A stretch of DNA of 32,000 nucleotides from Zygophlyctis sp. KS116 (GCA_054661495.1 BAAFSQ010000020.1:1-32000), one strand, 5' to 3'; counted from the stretch's first letter, positions 1-11,500 are shown. Numbers and translations: made by a program. Notes: generated from the sequence alone by a model not told the origin.

Positions 1-1
1 A

Positions 2-1276
2 ATTGAATTGGCTGAAGCTATAAGTGGTTTGGACCCAAATGAGGTAGACTTCAGAAAGCAAACACCTCCTTCTTTTTGCTCGGGAATACTAGACTGGCTA
101 TTAACAAGTCTATGTGAGTTTCATGGAAAAAGAGTAATTGTCCTCATTGATGAATACGATACCCCTTTGAATCATGCTTTTAGAAAGGGCTATTATAAAG
201 AGGCATCTAATTTCTTGGGACAGTTCTATTCTAAGGCTCTGAAAGGAAATTCGGCTTTAGCAAAAGCCTGCTTGATGGGAATTGTGGAAGTACGTGGTGC
301 TGGGATCTTATCTGGACTCAATAATATTTCTGTGTATTCTGTTGCTGACACAAAATTTTCTTCAAGCTTTGGATTCTCAAAAGCGGAAATAGAATGTCTG
401 GACATAGGCGCCACCGATTTAGAAAACGTTTGTGATTGGTACAATGGTTATAAAATTGGTGATTTCCAAGTAATCAATCCATGGTCATTCATGAAATGGT
501 GGACTCGTAAAAAGTTTGATTTGTATTGGGTCAAAACAAGCTATCTTGAAACAATTTCCTCAATTATATCACCAAATATGAATCAAATGATTTTTTCTGT
601 ATTCGAGATTCTATTGAAAAAGAAAAAAAAGTTTGAAATTGCTCCTCTTGACACAAAAGTTAACTACTCTACTAAAAACTGGGATCGAGATTCAATCTTT
701 CATTTCTTGGTTCATACTGGCTATCTAACATATATTGTCGAGAATGAAAAGTCATTTGTTTCTATTCCTAATGATGAACTACATATGTACTGGGAAAAAG
801 ATGTTATACCACTTCTTAAAAGCAAGTTCGATTTCAATTTACCTTTTAAATTAAGTGCTGCTCTGCTAAATTTCAAAACTGATCAGATTGAAATTTTGAT
901 GAAAGAAGTGCTACTTAAGGCTTCATATTTTGATTTTCCTTCGTATCATGAAAATTCTTATCACATGCTATACTTTGGGTGTTTCTTCACAACATTTTAC
1001 GGTACTAAAGACATGATTGTATCATCTAACAAAGAATCTGGACATGGCCGTTATGATGTCAGAATTGAATTTCGAAAGCACAAAAAAGCTGTAGTTTTCG
1101 AGTTCAAAAAATCACGTAGTAGAAAGAATCTTGATAAGAATGCTAAAAAGGCTTTGCAGCAAATTATTGAAAGAAAGTATGCTGATGATCTTTCCGATTG
1201 CCAATGTCTTTTAGTAGGAGCAACATTTTATAGGAAAGAAATGTCTAGTCTGAAATTTCAGGAACTACAGAATTAG
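2..1276 (+). CDS. AAA-ATPase-like + PD-(D/E)XK_9 nuclease protein (5'-partial)
   Basis: Frame is open from the window edge. Walker B VIVLIDEYD, YNGY and NPWS motifs, GYLT; C-terminal ESGHGRYDV..VVFEFK..ALQQI..KY typical of the PDDEXK_9 (DUF1703) nuclease domain. No intron needed. Confidence 0.85.
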   Translation: MELAEAISGLDPNEVDFRKQTPPSFCSGILDWLLTSLCEFHGKRVIVLIDEYDTPLNHAFRKGYYKEASNFLGQFYSKALKGNSALAKACLMGIVEVRGAGILSGLNNISVYSVADTKFSSSFGFSKAEIECLDIGATDLENVCDWYNGYKIGDFQVINPWSFMKWWTRKKFDLYWVKTSYLETISSIISPNMNQMIFSVFEILLKKKKKFEIAPLDTKVNYSTKNWDRDSIFHFLVHTGYLTYIVENEKSFVSIPNDELHMYWEKDVIPLLKSKFDFNLPFKLSAALLNFKTDQIEILMKEVLLKASYFDFPSYHENSYHMLYFGCFFTTFYGTKDMIVSSNKESGHGRYDVRIEFRKHKKAVVFEFKKSRSRKNLDKNAKKALQQIIERKYADDLSDCQCLLVGATFYRKEMSSLKFQELQN

Positions 1277-1308
1277 TTTAATGTAGAAAAAAGTTGTTTT
1301 GCTGTTTC

Positions 1309-1518
1309 TTAAATTTCATGACTCTTTTCCCATGTCCAGTCAACTCCTAATTTATTTCGGACATTGAGCGTACATTCAGTTGTTGCAAAAGACCACTTCT
1401 GATCTGTTCCCGCACTATATGCTTCATACATTCCTAGAGTATCCAAGTGTCGGAGAGTGGCTTCTGCAATTTGACTTCTTGCAGAGTTGTGAGTACAGAG
1501 AAACAATACAGATGGCAT
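1309..1518 (-). pseudogene. Truncated LMW-PTP / thioredoxin-type arsenate reductase (ArsC-like) N-terminal half, 69 aa
   Basis: MPSVLFLCTHNSARSQIAEA has the C-X5-R-S P-loop, followed by YSAGT and LGVD..KS. TAA after 69 codons; only 32 bp remain before the convergent gene, so the C-terminal half (resolving Cys, DP motif) is absent. Confidence 0.7.
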
Positions 1519-1647
1519 TATTTTGCAAAAAAACCCCAATAGTAGTAGTATGTAAAGAGAACCGGATCATACCATTTTATTTTCTGATACAGGCATTCTA
1601 CTTAATGGATCCGTAAGTACAGATTTAAAACTACGATTTGGTGGCGC

Positions 1648-2631
1648 ATGTCAACTACACATATGTCGCAAAAGCTCTGGGTTGCATATGATACTCCTGC
1701 AAAGAGATTTATTGACAAAGTCTCTATTGATGGATGTGAATATGTGGATGACTTTAAAGGTATCATTGGAAATATAACTTACTTTCTAGAAGAAATTAAA
1801 AAGAATTTTGATATCACTGGGCCTTCCTCCCATCTCACTCTCTACAACTCTGATGGAGCTACAGAAATTGATGTTGAAGACTATCCTTCCGATTACTTGG
1901 ATGGAAATTCAAGTAAGAATCCTCTTATTGTCAAGACTATCTCTGTTTTCAATTCACAACTCGACCAACTTGACCAAGAAATCAAGCAATTAAAGGACAG
2001 TGAAGAATACAAGACTTTGGCTGGTAAGAATCTTGGGTGGGGTGTTCTTCTCACAACGGGAAAAGAAAATGGGGAATGGAAATTATTGAATCAGAAGCTG
2101 GATAAATTGAAGAGGAAAAGACAGGACTGCGTCAAAATTACATTGTCTACACATTCTCGCAAGGTGAAGAAATCTCACAAAATTCGGAATGGCTATGAAA
2201 CTGCTATTAAGGATGAGAGACTGTTACTATCGAGTATTGCGAGAAAGGCTTGTGAAAAATTTCTGTTTCATTGCGAATACGACAAGTCGCCTTCGTTTGG
2301 AGATTTGAAGAAGGCCGCAGGATTCAATTGGTACAATGATGTGCATGATTACTTTAGACGGAGTGCAATTGGGCAGGTTAAGAAAGATGATGTCAAGGAA
2401 TCACTTACCGAGGAGGAATGGATTTGGCTTATCGGGTTGAATGAACGTGTCAACCTGCGTTTGCATGATTCATTGATTAAGAATCAAGATGGGAGTCTTC
2501 GATTGGTGTTGGAGCCAGAAGTCTACGAAGATGGAGTTGAGCTGGCTAAAAATATTATTCTGAAGTGGTATGGGCCTGACAACAAGATCGACGTTAGAAA
2601 GGGTGAAAGATATTCGTCAGCCTCACCATAA
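1648..2631 (+). CDS. Crinkler (CRN)-like protein: ubiquitin-like header domain, coiled coil, unknown C-terminal domain
   Basis: N-terminus LWV..KVSIDGCEYVDDFK|EEIKK..HLTLY..GNSSKNPLIVK resembles fungal CRN-type header domains. Removing an in-frame 30-nt intron (1760-1789) restores VDDFKEEIKK. About 317 aa. Confidence 0.7.
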   Translation: MSTTHMSQKLWVAYDTPAKRFIDKVSIDGCEYVDDFKGIIGNITYFLEEIKKNFDITGPSSHLTLYNSDGATEIDVEDYPSDYLDGNSSKNPLIVKTISVFNSQLDQLDQEIKQLKDSEEYKTLAGKNLGWGVLLTTGKENGEWKLLNQKLDKLKRKRQDCVKITLSTHSRKVKKSHKIRNGYETAIKDERLLLSSIARKACEKFLFHCEYDKSPSFGDLKKAAGFNWYNDVHDYFRRSAIGQVKKDDVKESLTEEEWIWLIGLNERVNLRLHDSLIKNQDGSLRLVLEPEVYEDGVELAKNIILKWYGPDNKIDVRKGERYSSASP

Positions 2632-2940
2632 TATAATAGAATATATTCTGAATACTTTTAGTCGTTTTTGAATACAAAAACCCGCTTTGTCCAATAAAAG
2701 TGTTGAGCTTATGTTTTCAGTAGTTAATACAAGTGCAACTCTAAATTCGACGCTCGATATTTACTACCATCCCCGGCTTTACTTTATATGTTTGCCGATA
2801 TGGCAGTAATTCAAATGACAGGAATGCATTAATGTTTTTGAGAATTCATGATTTCAAATTGTAATTATCAGATATTAAGAAGCGTTTCGAAACTTGTGAC
2901 AGGGCACGTTTCAATGCGGCGCCGTTCTTTGCCGCAGTGA

Positions 2941-4678
2941 ATGAATCGTTCTATTTATAACCTACAAAAGACTAAGGCTTCTCAAAATAATAACTACACA
3001 ATGAATACTAATGATCAAAAGGCAGCTATTGATGAAAGTTCTCAGAAGATGACTTCTAGCATTGGCATTGATAACCATCCAAAGGCCATCCGAAATTTTA
3101 CTGATCTGCCTGAACCATTCTACTCTCAAAGAGGACTTCTGATATCCAATGAGAACAGTAGCAATCTAGTTAGACAATCAGAAAACTATGTCGATCGGAC
3201 AAATACTATTACTAGTCTGAAGAGCATACTGTCTGGAAGCAGCATTGGAGAGAATGAATATCTTTATACATATAGCACAGATGGATCGCAAGCAGATGAA
3301 AGCAATTCCATTAATGGTCGGATGAATCCAGAATCTGAATCTTCGGATCAGACTAATCACAAATCAATGAAGAAGGAATCAGTTTCCAAAAATGGAAATA
3401 AGATCAGAACATCAACTGAAGCAGCTGAAAGTAATTACAGTAATCGTCCGGGGAGCTCAGAATTTGGATCATCTGGAACATTTCCGCATTCTGAAACAGA
3501 TCCCATTAATCACCAATCAAAGCAAATGAATTTAATATCTACTGGTGGAATTGAGACCAGAAGAGATCTCTTACCCACATCTTTTGATAACCCAAGTACC
3601 CCGACAGTTCTATCACATTTTACAAGTGAATCAGTAGAGAATGATAATAATGATGCTAGCGATAAATCCTCAGACAGCGAAGTTTCAATTGATGCAGAAA
3701 AATCTGAAATTGCAATGAAGAAATGGATTTTTGTATCAATTATTGTATTGTTCATGTATGGGCTCTTTTTTATTACCTGCCAAGCATATCAATCTCTGTA
3801 TGTTGCTAGGAATGAACTGAATGATAAACCCATTCCTTCTAATCAATCTACCGATGCAATCAAATCTTTTATAGACTCTTATCCCGAAAACAGAGTCGGT
3901 CTATGGATGGAGTGTACAGGACAATCATGTAGAGATTTGGAGTTATTTTGTTCAGAAGATTTAATTCTGAAACGTCTTAGAGACTCTGGATTGATTACAA
4001 ACTCTGAACCATCAGAATTGACAGTTGACTTTGTTAAACTTGAACTACATATTTGTCCCATGATAAAAGTCTCAAGATTTACATCTGTTTTCTCTATATT
4101 TGCTGGTGTTTTAGTAATGATTGGACTAATTTTGGCATACATGAATAACAAAAAGAATACATTTAGATTTATCAAAGTTGGCGGAATCATAATGGGTAAT
4201 TTACATTAATTTTTAATTATTAGTAATATTGACTGCTATATCCCTATCACTTTTTATTGCCATAAAAGCAATCCTGGACAATTTAGTATTTTTATCTAAA
4301 GCCTATTCAGAAACTGGATCTACAACAATGTGGCCCAATGTTGATACATCTTATAATTTTTCTACTTCATTCTGGCTCTGCTGTCTTAGTCTGATCATTG
4401 CTGTGATTTCAGTTGGACTATTCTTTGTGAGTTCAAAGTTTGCAGATGAAGCAAGACTTAAGAGTAAATCTGATATTTTTGAATCTGATTTATACTCTAT
4501 ATCTACAGTAGAATCTATTGATGTCGGACCACGTGTAAGTACAATCAAGAGTGATGAATCATCAACATTTAGATTTAATGAATCAATTCACAATCTAACA
4601 CTTACATCTAGAATAGAACGTGCCGACTCTTTTGACAGGCCACCTATAATGGAATCAAAGGCTGTTAGATTTTCTTAG
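2941..4678 (+). CDS. Four-TM claudin/SUR7-like membrane protein with long disordered N-terminus
   Basis: Intron 4196-4223 (28 nt) joins the two ORFs in frame (GGIIM|VILTAI). Four hydrophobic segments; GLWxxC..C motif (RVGLWMECTGQSC) in the first loop. Start could be 2941 or 3001. Confidence 0.65.
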
Positions 4679-4767
4679 AAATAATTTTACATGATTTAAT
4701 GGTTTTTATCTGCAAAGTATCAGTTCAGCGACTGATTGTTGAGCCCTAATTCATAGGAAACCCCTGA

Positions 4768-5423
<656 letters not shown>

Positions 5424-5501
5424 ATACAAAAGACAATTTTTTTATTTCGCAATTCTGTGGTTAGTGATTAAAACTGTTATCTCAAAATACGAAATTGAAA
5501 T

Positions 5502-7029
5502 CTATTTAATTCTATTGAAGCAAGAAGGAGAATAGCATTTTATACTTCCAGAGCAATTCCAAGTTAGATCAGTAGACCAAATAATACGATTACTTGGTTC
5601 TCCTTCAATATTATCACGAATATATTCATTCAAAATAGTTGTATTCCACGTTACTCTCCAGTCTTTAAATCTACCGTTTTCAAATTTAGCTTCTTCAAAG
5701 TTGAGAATTAACTTTACTAATGGAAAGTTTTCTTGAACTTCTTTCGACCATGTTTGTCGCCACCATTCTCGTTTCATGTTTAACTCTTGTTCAATTGATG
5801 GTGGCTGATTGCTATTAGCGTCATTGTAAGTGACTGGAGATCCTGTTTCAGCAATGGCCATGGGCTTTTTTTTAGAATTTGCATAAATTTCATAGAAATT
5901 TGGACTCGGGGGAGCAATTTGATTAAGTATGGGACCTTGTCCTCTTAAAGTATCCTGAAAATATGGCCACAGAGGTTGATATCCATTCATTTCATATGTA
6001 TACCAGTACGTAGATAAACCAACCCAGTCTACATACTCATCGCCAGGATAATATGGTTGATATGGATCATCCCTATTGGTGATGGCACCATCTCCGTTCG
6101 TATCCATTTCATTGAAATCAGTGTTTCTTGGAATGACAGCGGCGAAAGGATAAGAGAAACCAATGTTTGGAGTCCACATCATGGCTATATATTAGAATAA
6201 TATTAAAAATACCAGTCAAATTTGTTCGGGCTCGGACAGCATTCGCCATTTTTATAAAGCTTTGCTTGTATGCAATAGGCTTCATTCCAAATTGCATCCA
6301 AGGTCCTTTATAATTACTTTAGATGAAAATACCATTCATTTCAGGACCATATCTAAGCAAGATTGGAACTCCCAAATTTGTGTTAATTCTAAAACAATGC
6401 TCGGCGAAAGCTCTGAATGCAGAGTCTGGAATAGTTTCCATATTATTGATCATGACTGAAATCTGCAAGATACCCTTTATTCGAGATACTTCTTCAGCAA
6501 AATACTCCATCATTGGCACATCATAATGAGTATTAGATGCTATTCCAAAATCTATAAAGGCATTTATAACTGAAGGCGCATTGAATTTAAGTCTTCTAGT
6601 AATGTTTAATGGCGTTTCTTTAGACCAATCAAGATGAAATCCAATATATGTAAACTGAGGAGGAGGCTGAAGAATCGTAATATCCTTTGGTCGACTGCAA
6701 GCTTGTGGATTAATAGTAATGGGGAAGCGAGGAAGCCCTTCCTTTTGGAATATTTTGGTTAGATTCCAAAATGTCTGATCAGTACTTGTTTTTGCATTTC
6801 CTGTAGTTGAATCAGCTAAAGTTGAATTGGCAGAGTTAGAATTGTCTGATTTTCTTGGGATAAAGTAGCTCATCAGCGCAATAAAAACGACCGCAAGAAT
6901 ACCTGCTACAATACCAATAAGTTTCCATGGTTTCTTTTTTTGAGCGTCAGAGTTTGATACATTTGCTGCTATTTGATAGTCAGGAGTTGATGGCTTTTCT
7001 TTTATATCCATTGTTTTCTGAGATGTCAT
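5502..7029 (-). CDS. Glycoside hydrolase family 26 (beta-mannanase-like), type II membrane-anchored, catalytic Glu pair intact
   Basis: N-terminal TM; RYGPEMNGPW (acid/base), YYPGDEYVDWVGLS, KPMAIAETG (nucleophile). Introns 6306-6332 (27) and 6185-6212 (28). 490 aa. Confidence 0.88.
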
Positions 7030-7122
7030 CGCTTGATGATGACGTTTTACCTATTGTACTGATGATTAATCTCACTAAAACAATACAATCATGTTTGAAA
7101 TAGATAAAAATTTGTTATAATC

Positions 7123-8510
7123 TTAAGCAATCAGACTCAACGCATAGATCTTTCCATTTTTATCAGATTTAAGGATTCCAACATAAGGCAAATACGTTCG
7201 AACATCATCGCTAGATATTCGCTTTATAAAAGGCTCATAAGTGGGATTTTCTAAAATTCTGAAATCAACCCCTATATCAGTATTCTTGTACAATCTGAAC
7301 GCTTCATTGATTACGATTCCCTTGAGGTTTTCAAATTGATTGAGGAACGTTGCAGTCAACATTTGAGACCAGATAGTAGACTTGTATTCCAGAATTTCAT
7401 CATTGTTTAAACCAGATTCTCTAACAGCAACACCTACTTGACTAAATATAAGAGAACTCAATTCTTTACCTTAGTATCATTGGCTTTTTCCCCGCAAATC
7501 TACCATAAAAGTTGAGATTAGCCGTTGTACCAGCTGAATTAATACTATCTAGGAAATTCTGGTTACCATTTAAGATCCCTACATAGTATCCTGCTGGAGG
7601 TGGGCCATTTCTAGCATTAGGAATGTTCATGATATTTGGAATCCAGTTATTGGTTAGCCCAACCCAATCAACAAAGTCATCTCCTGGATAGTATGGTCCA
7701 TAAGGATCATCTTCAGGCCCTAATATACCATTTCCAGATGTATCAAGCCCAGCTGCAAGTACTCCATTTACATTCACAGGCTCTCCTATATTGGGATAAT
7801 CGTATCCGACAGATGGAGCCCAAACCATGACTAAAAATTAAGAAAAATATATTTACCAGTATGAGCTAAATTCTTGCTACGAATTGCATTAGTCATTTTT
7901 CGAAATCCTTCTCTGTACGCTTCCGGATTTAATCGATATTTGTGGAAATTTGCATTCATATCAGGAGCAAAATTTAAAAATACAGGGATTCCCTTAAGAT
8001 TAATAGTCTGACAATCAGATGCTATCATTTCTAACGCTCGATCAGGAATCACATTAAGAGCAATTGACTGATCCGTTGAATCAGGAATAATTGTTAGCTG
8101 CAAAACGCCACCAACCTTTTTTACTTGTTTTGCATATGTCATTAAATCCCCAGAATTATAGAAAGTTGGATCGGCCAAATTGAATTCTGGAGTATAATCG
8201 CTATTCAGTTAAGCTATAAAAAATACTATAAAATTGGTCTCTTTCCATCCAAAGATATTTTCGAAGGTTCCGTCTCGTACCAATTGATTGAAAATCCAAG
8301 ATAGACATATGGAGAGGGCGGTACAAGAGAATTAAAAGAGCTTGCAGATTCCATTGAAGTGTCAATGAATGGATCTCCTCCTGCTTTAAGATTTAGACTA
8401 TAAACTTTAAAACTCAAAAAGGCCAATCCTCCTGTGGCGCATAGAAGAGCAATTAAAGTCTTTGTCCAGAAAAATGTATTGCATATTAGATTATAAGTCT
8501 TAATTCTCAT
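7123..8510 (-). CDS. GH26 paralog with both catalytic glutamates substituted (probable pseudoenzyme)
   Basis: N-terminal TM; YLGFSINW, NFAPDMNANF, MVWAP, YYPGDDFVDWVGL, KPMILSQVG. Introns 8201-8226 (26), 7831-7856 (26), 7442-7469 (28). 435 aa. Confidence 0.82.
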
Positions 8511-8591
8511 TTAAATAATGTTTAACAATGAAAGACGTCATAAACTGTCCTATATAGACTCGAATGACGTCCGAACCCTTGCACGAACATC

Positions 8592-11500
8592 TTAATCATA
8601 GGCATCCGTCTTGAGGTAAACTCTATAGATTTTATCCAAAAGACCAAATGCTTCTTCATGTACAGAATACCCAGTCAGTACCTTTTCCGATTGCAGCGTG
8701 GGTCGTTTTTCTGTTGATAACGGAAGGGTTCGAACTGCTTCTCGCAAGGCCGAATGTGTTATTTGAGCCTGATCTCTTTATATTTAAAATCATAAATAAT
8801 TACTTTAAAAAACCCTCGGATTTTTGCCCCTTTTCTAGAATCTCAAAACATTTTAACAGATTTGACGCTAATTTAGGCGCAAGAGCACTAAGAACTGAAA
8901 GACATGTCCCGATGACAGTCTTTATACTGGCCTTGGATTTTAGTTCAGAAACTTTCATGAAAATTGCGGTAACTCGAATGACTAGACATAACGGGTCTCT
9001 GATCAATTTCATATCTGAGACAATTAGCTCTTCAATTTTTGATCCAGAGCTGGAAATGATATCAATCTTTACTTGTTCTAGTTTGACTATTGAGAATTCA
9101 ATTTGATCTTGAACATATTTAGCAAAAGTTTTCAGTCCATCCAATTCTAGGTGCCGAATAAATATTTCGCCGGATGGATAATTTGCATATGTAAGACACA
9201 GGTCTAGACAAGTTGCAAAAAAGTCTTCGTACTTGCGTTTCCTAAGAAGGGCTTCAATATAAAGACGATTCGTAAAGAAGGAAAATGTCTTTTCATAGGG
9301 CGTGGCAATATTTAGTGATATATACCCAGGACTTGTAGCAGTGGTAGAAGATGCTTTTTTGCTACTTCCGCCAGTATTAAAATCCCACTTCTGCATTAGA
9401 TCAATCACGTCATTATCTAAATCTTTCCACTCTGAAACTTTGAAATCCTCGATCAGTTTTTGGATTTTTCTTTCTTTAAAAACAAAAAACTTACAATTCG
9501 ATGGCCAAAATCGAAGGAATCGAACGCACAATAGGAATCATCGCCATTACTTTAGAAGCAATATGCTTTGCTGGGTTTTCTGAAACCTCCAGAGCGATTG
9601 CATCGCTCCTTTTCATTTTAATTGCTTTTTGATTCCTATTTCGATTTTCCTTATCCGGTTTAAGTAAGTCCATTTTTTTGCAAAAGTGAACATCGTCAAT
9701 AGGAGAGTAAGTGACCCACACGTGATCTTCAAATATTGTCGGGAACAGAATCAATCTCAAAGTATCCGCAAATACTGAAATATCATCATTTTGATCATTT
9801 AGAATCCTAAATAGTCTAAAAGCCAGGTTTAATCCTTTGCTGTAATCATTAGATAATAGAACAAGCATAACGGCATACATTGTCAGTGGATCAAGGACTT
9901 GATTATTCAACTCTAAACATTCACACAGGGTTCTTGATTTAAAAAAGATCAAAACTTACTGTTCGAGTTTCACTATACTCATCCAATCTTTTTCATTTAC
10001 CAACTTGATTATTTTGGAGCGGAAAACTACCAAATCATAGTCTAGGTGCAACGTTGATGGTATAGATTGTACCAATTTAGTGAATTCTTCAAATCTGGGA
10101 GGAAGAAAGTAGGTGTATTTATCTAGATCACTCTTAAAGCTCTGCAGCATATCCAATCTGAAGCTCTCGGGGTTTTTGACGTTTGTATTGGCAATTTTCC
10201 AAGAATCTGGTGAAATAGCCTTGTTAAAAGTGCACAATTCGATCAATTCGTTTTCGTGATTAGCTAATAGCTGATCTTCTTTCCTTTCATTTCTCGAGAT
10301 TTCTATAGTTCTTGAATATGCTTCACGGATATTTCTAGACAAAATTGCTGTTTCGACTTCCTGTGCATATGATTCTGAGAATTTATGAGCAGCTATTTCC
10401 TCAAAAACATCAGAGCGAATGGTATGGCACATAACCTCTCCCATAGATGATACAGTATAAAAAGCATCTGCATTCATTTCTGAAGCGACCACTAAGTATG
10501 TTTATACTTCAAAAAACGTACTTCCTACTATTGGTCCAGAAGTTTGCGACTGATATTCGGCCAGCATTTTCGCTCCAAAAACAGCTTGATCATCTTCGAA
10601 GGATGATGGCCGATTCTTATCCCATTCTGATCCTGGACAGTTAATGAATGCATTCTTTCTGGGCTCTCTGCAGGTAATAATTCCTGAATTAACAGACCAT
10701 GCACGCCATGACTTATCTGTGGATCCAGTGGAAATTATATCACAGTGTGTATTAGACCAACATACAGTATTTACTTCCCTGTAATGACCATCTATTCTTG
10801 CAGCGCACCCACTTAAAAATCTGATATCCCAAATCTATATTATCAAAAATTTGTACAAAAGCAACCTTAACTACCCCATCCTCTGCAGCACTTGCCATCC
10901 AATAGGGAATAAATTCGTTAAATTTCGTATCTGTTATTGCAGAATCATGAGCAGAAGAATAGCTTAAAACTGTGGATTTAGCATTCTTTCCTAAAAGTCT
11001 TGTATCTAAAATTGAAATCATCTTATCAGTTCCTCCTGTACATATCAAATTGGAAGAATGTGGACTAAATGACGCATGATAAAGCGTATCCAATCCAAGC
11101 TAATGGCATTATTTTTTTAAAAAAAAAAGTACAATTTCACTACCCAGCACATTTCCCGTATTCACATCTGCTACAAATCTAAATCATCATAAAATCAAAA
11201 AAAATTACAATTTTCTACCTTTAGTAGCAATCAAAGTATTAGCAGTATTTTCCCTTGACAATTCAACATGGTTGACTCTAACTGTCCCTAATGAAATACC
11301 AGGAGGTGAAATTCTTAATTCCGACTATTGATTTAAACAAAAAACCTTACAAGAGAAGCTTCTCCCAACACAATTTCATTCTTGTGCGATAATCCCTTTC
11401 CCGCTTGTCCTAAAATCTGAGAGTCTAAATGATATATTTGAACGCATCCATTTGGCCCAGCAGCCGCCATTTGATTCCCCTGTATTGATAAATGATATAT

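Noticed and set aside
7034-7062. Box C (TGATGA) and box D (CTGA) motifs between the GH26 genes
   Set aside because: Spacing is under 30 nt, too short for a snoRNA, and there is no terminal stem.
8533-8572. CRE-like TGACGT motifs upstream of both GH26 genes (also ~7040)
   Set aside because: Short motifs that can occur by chance; not supportable without expression or conservation data.
8648-9583. Plus-strand ORFs (152 aa, 93 aa) and the other short antisense ORFs in the track
   Set aside because: They lie antisense to well-supported coding exons and have no recognisable motifs.
11108-11131. T-run/A-run palindrome resembling a terminator
   Set aside because: Lies inside intron 11100-11132; low-complexity homopolymers in a eukaryotic context.
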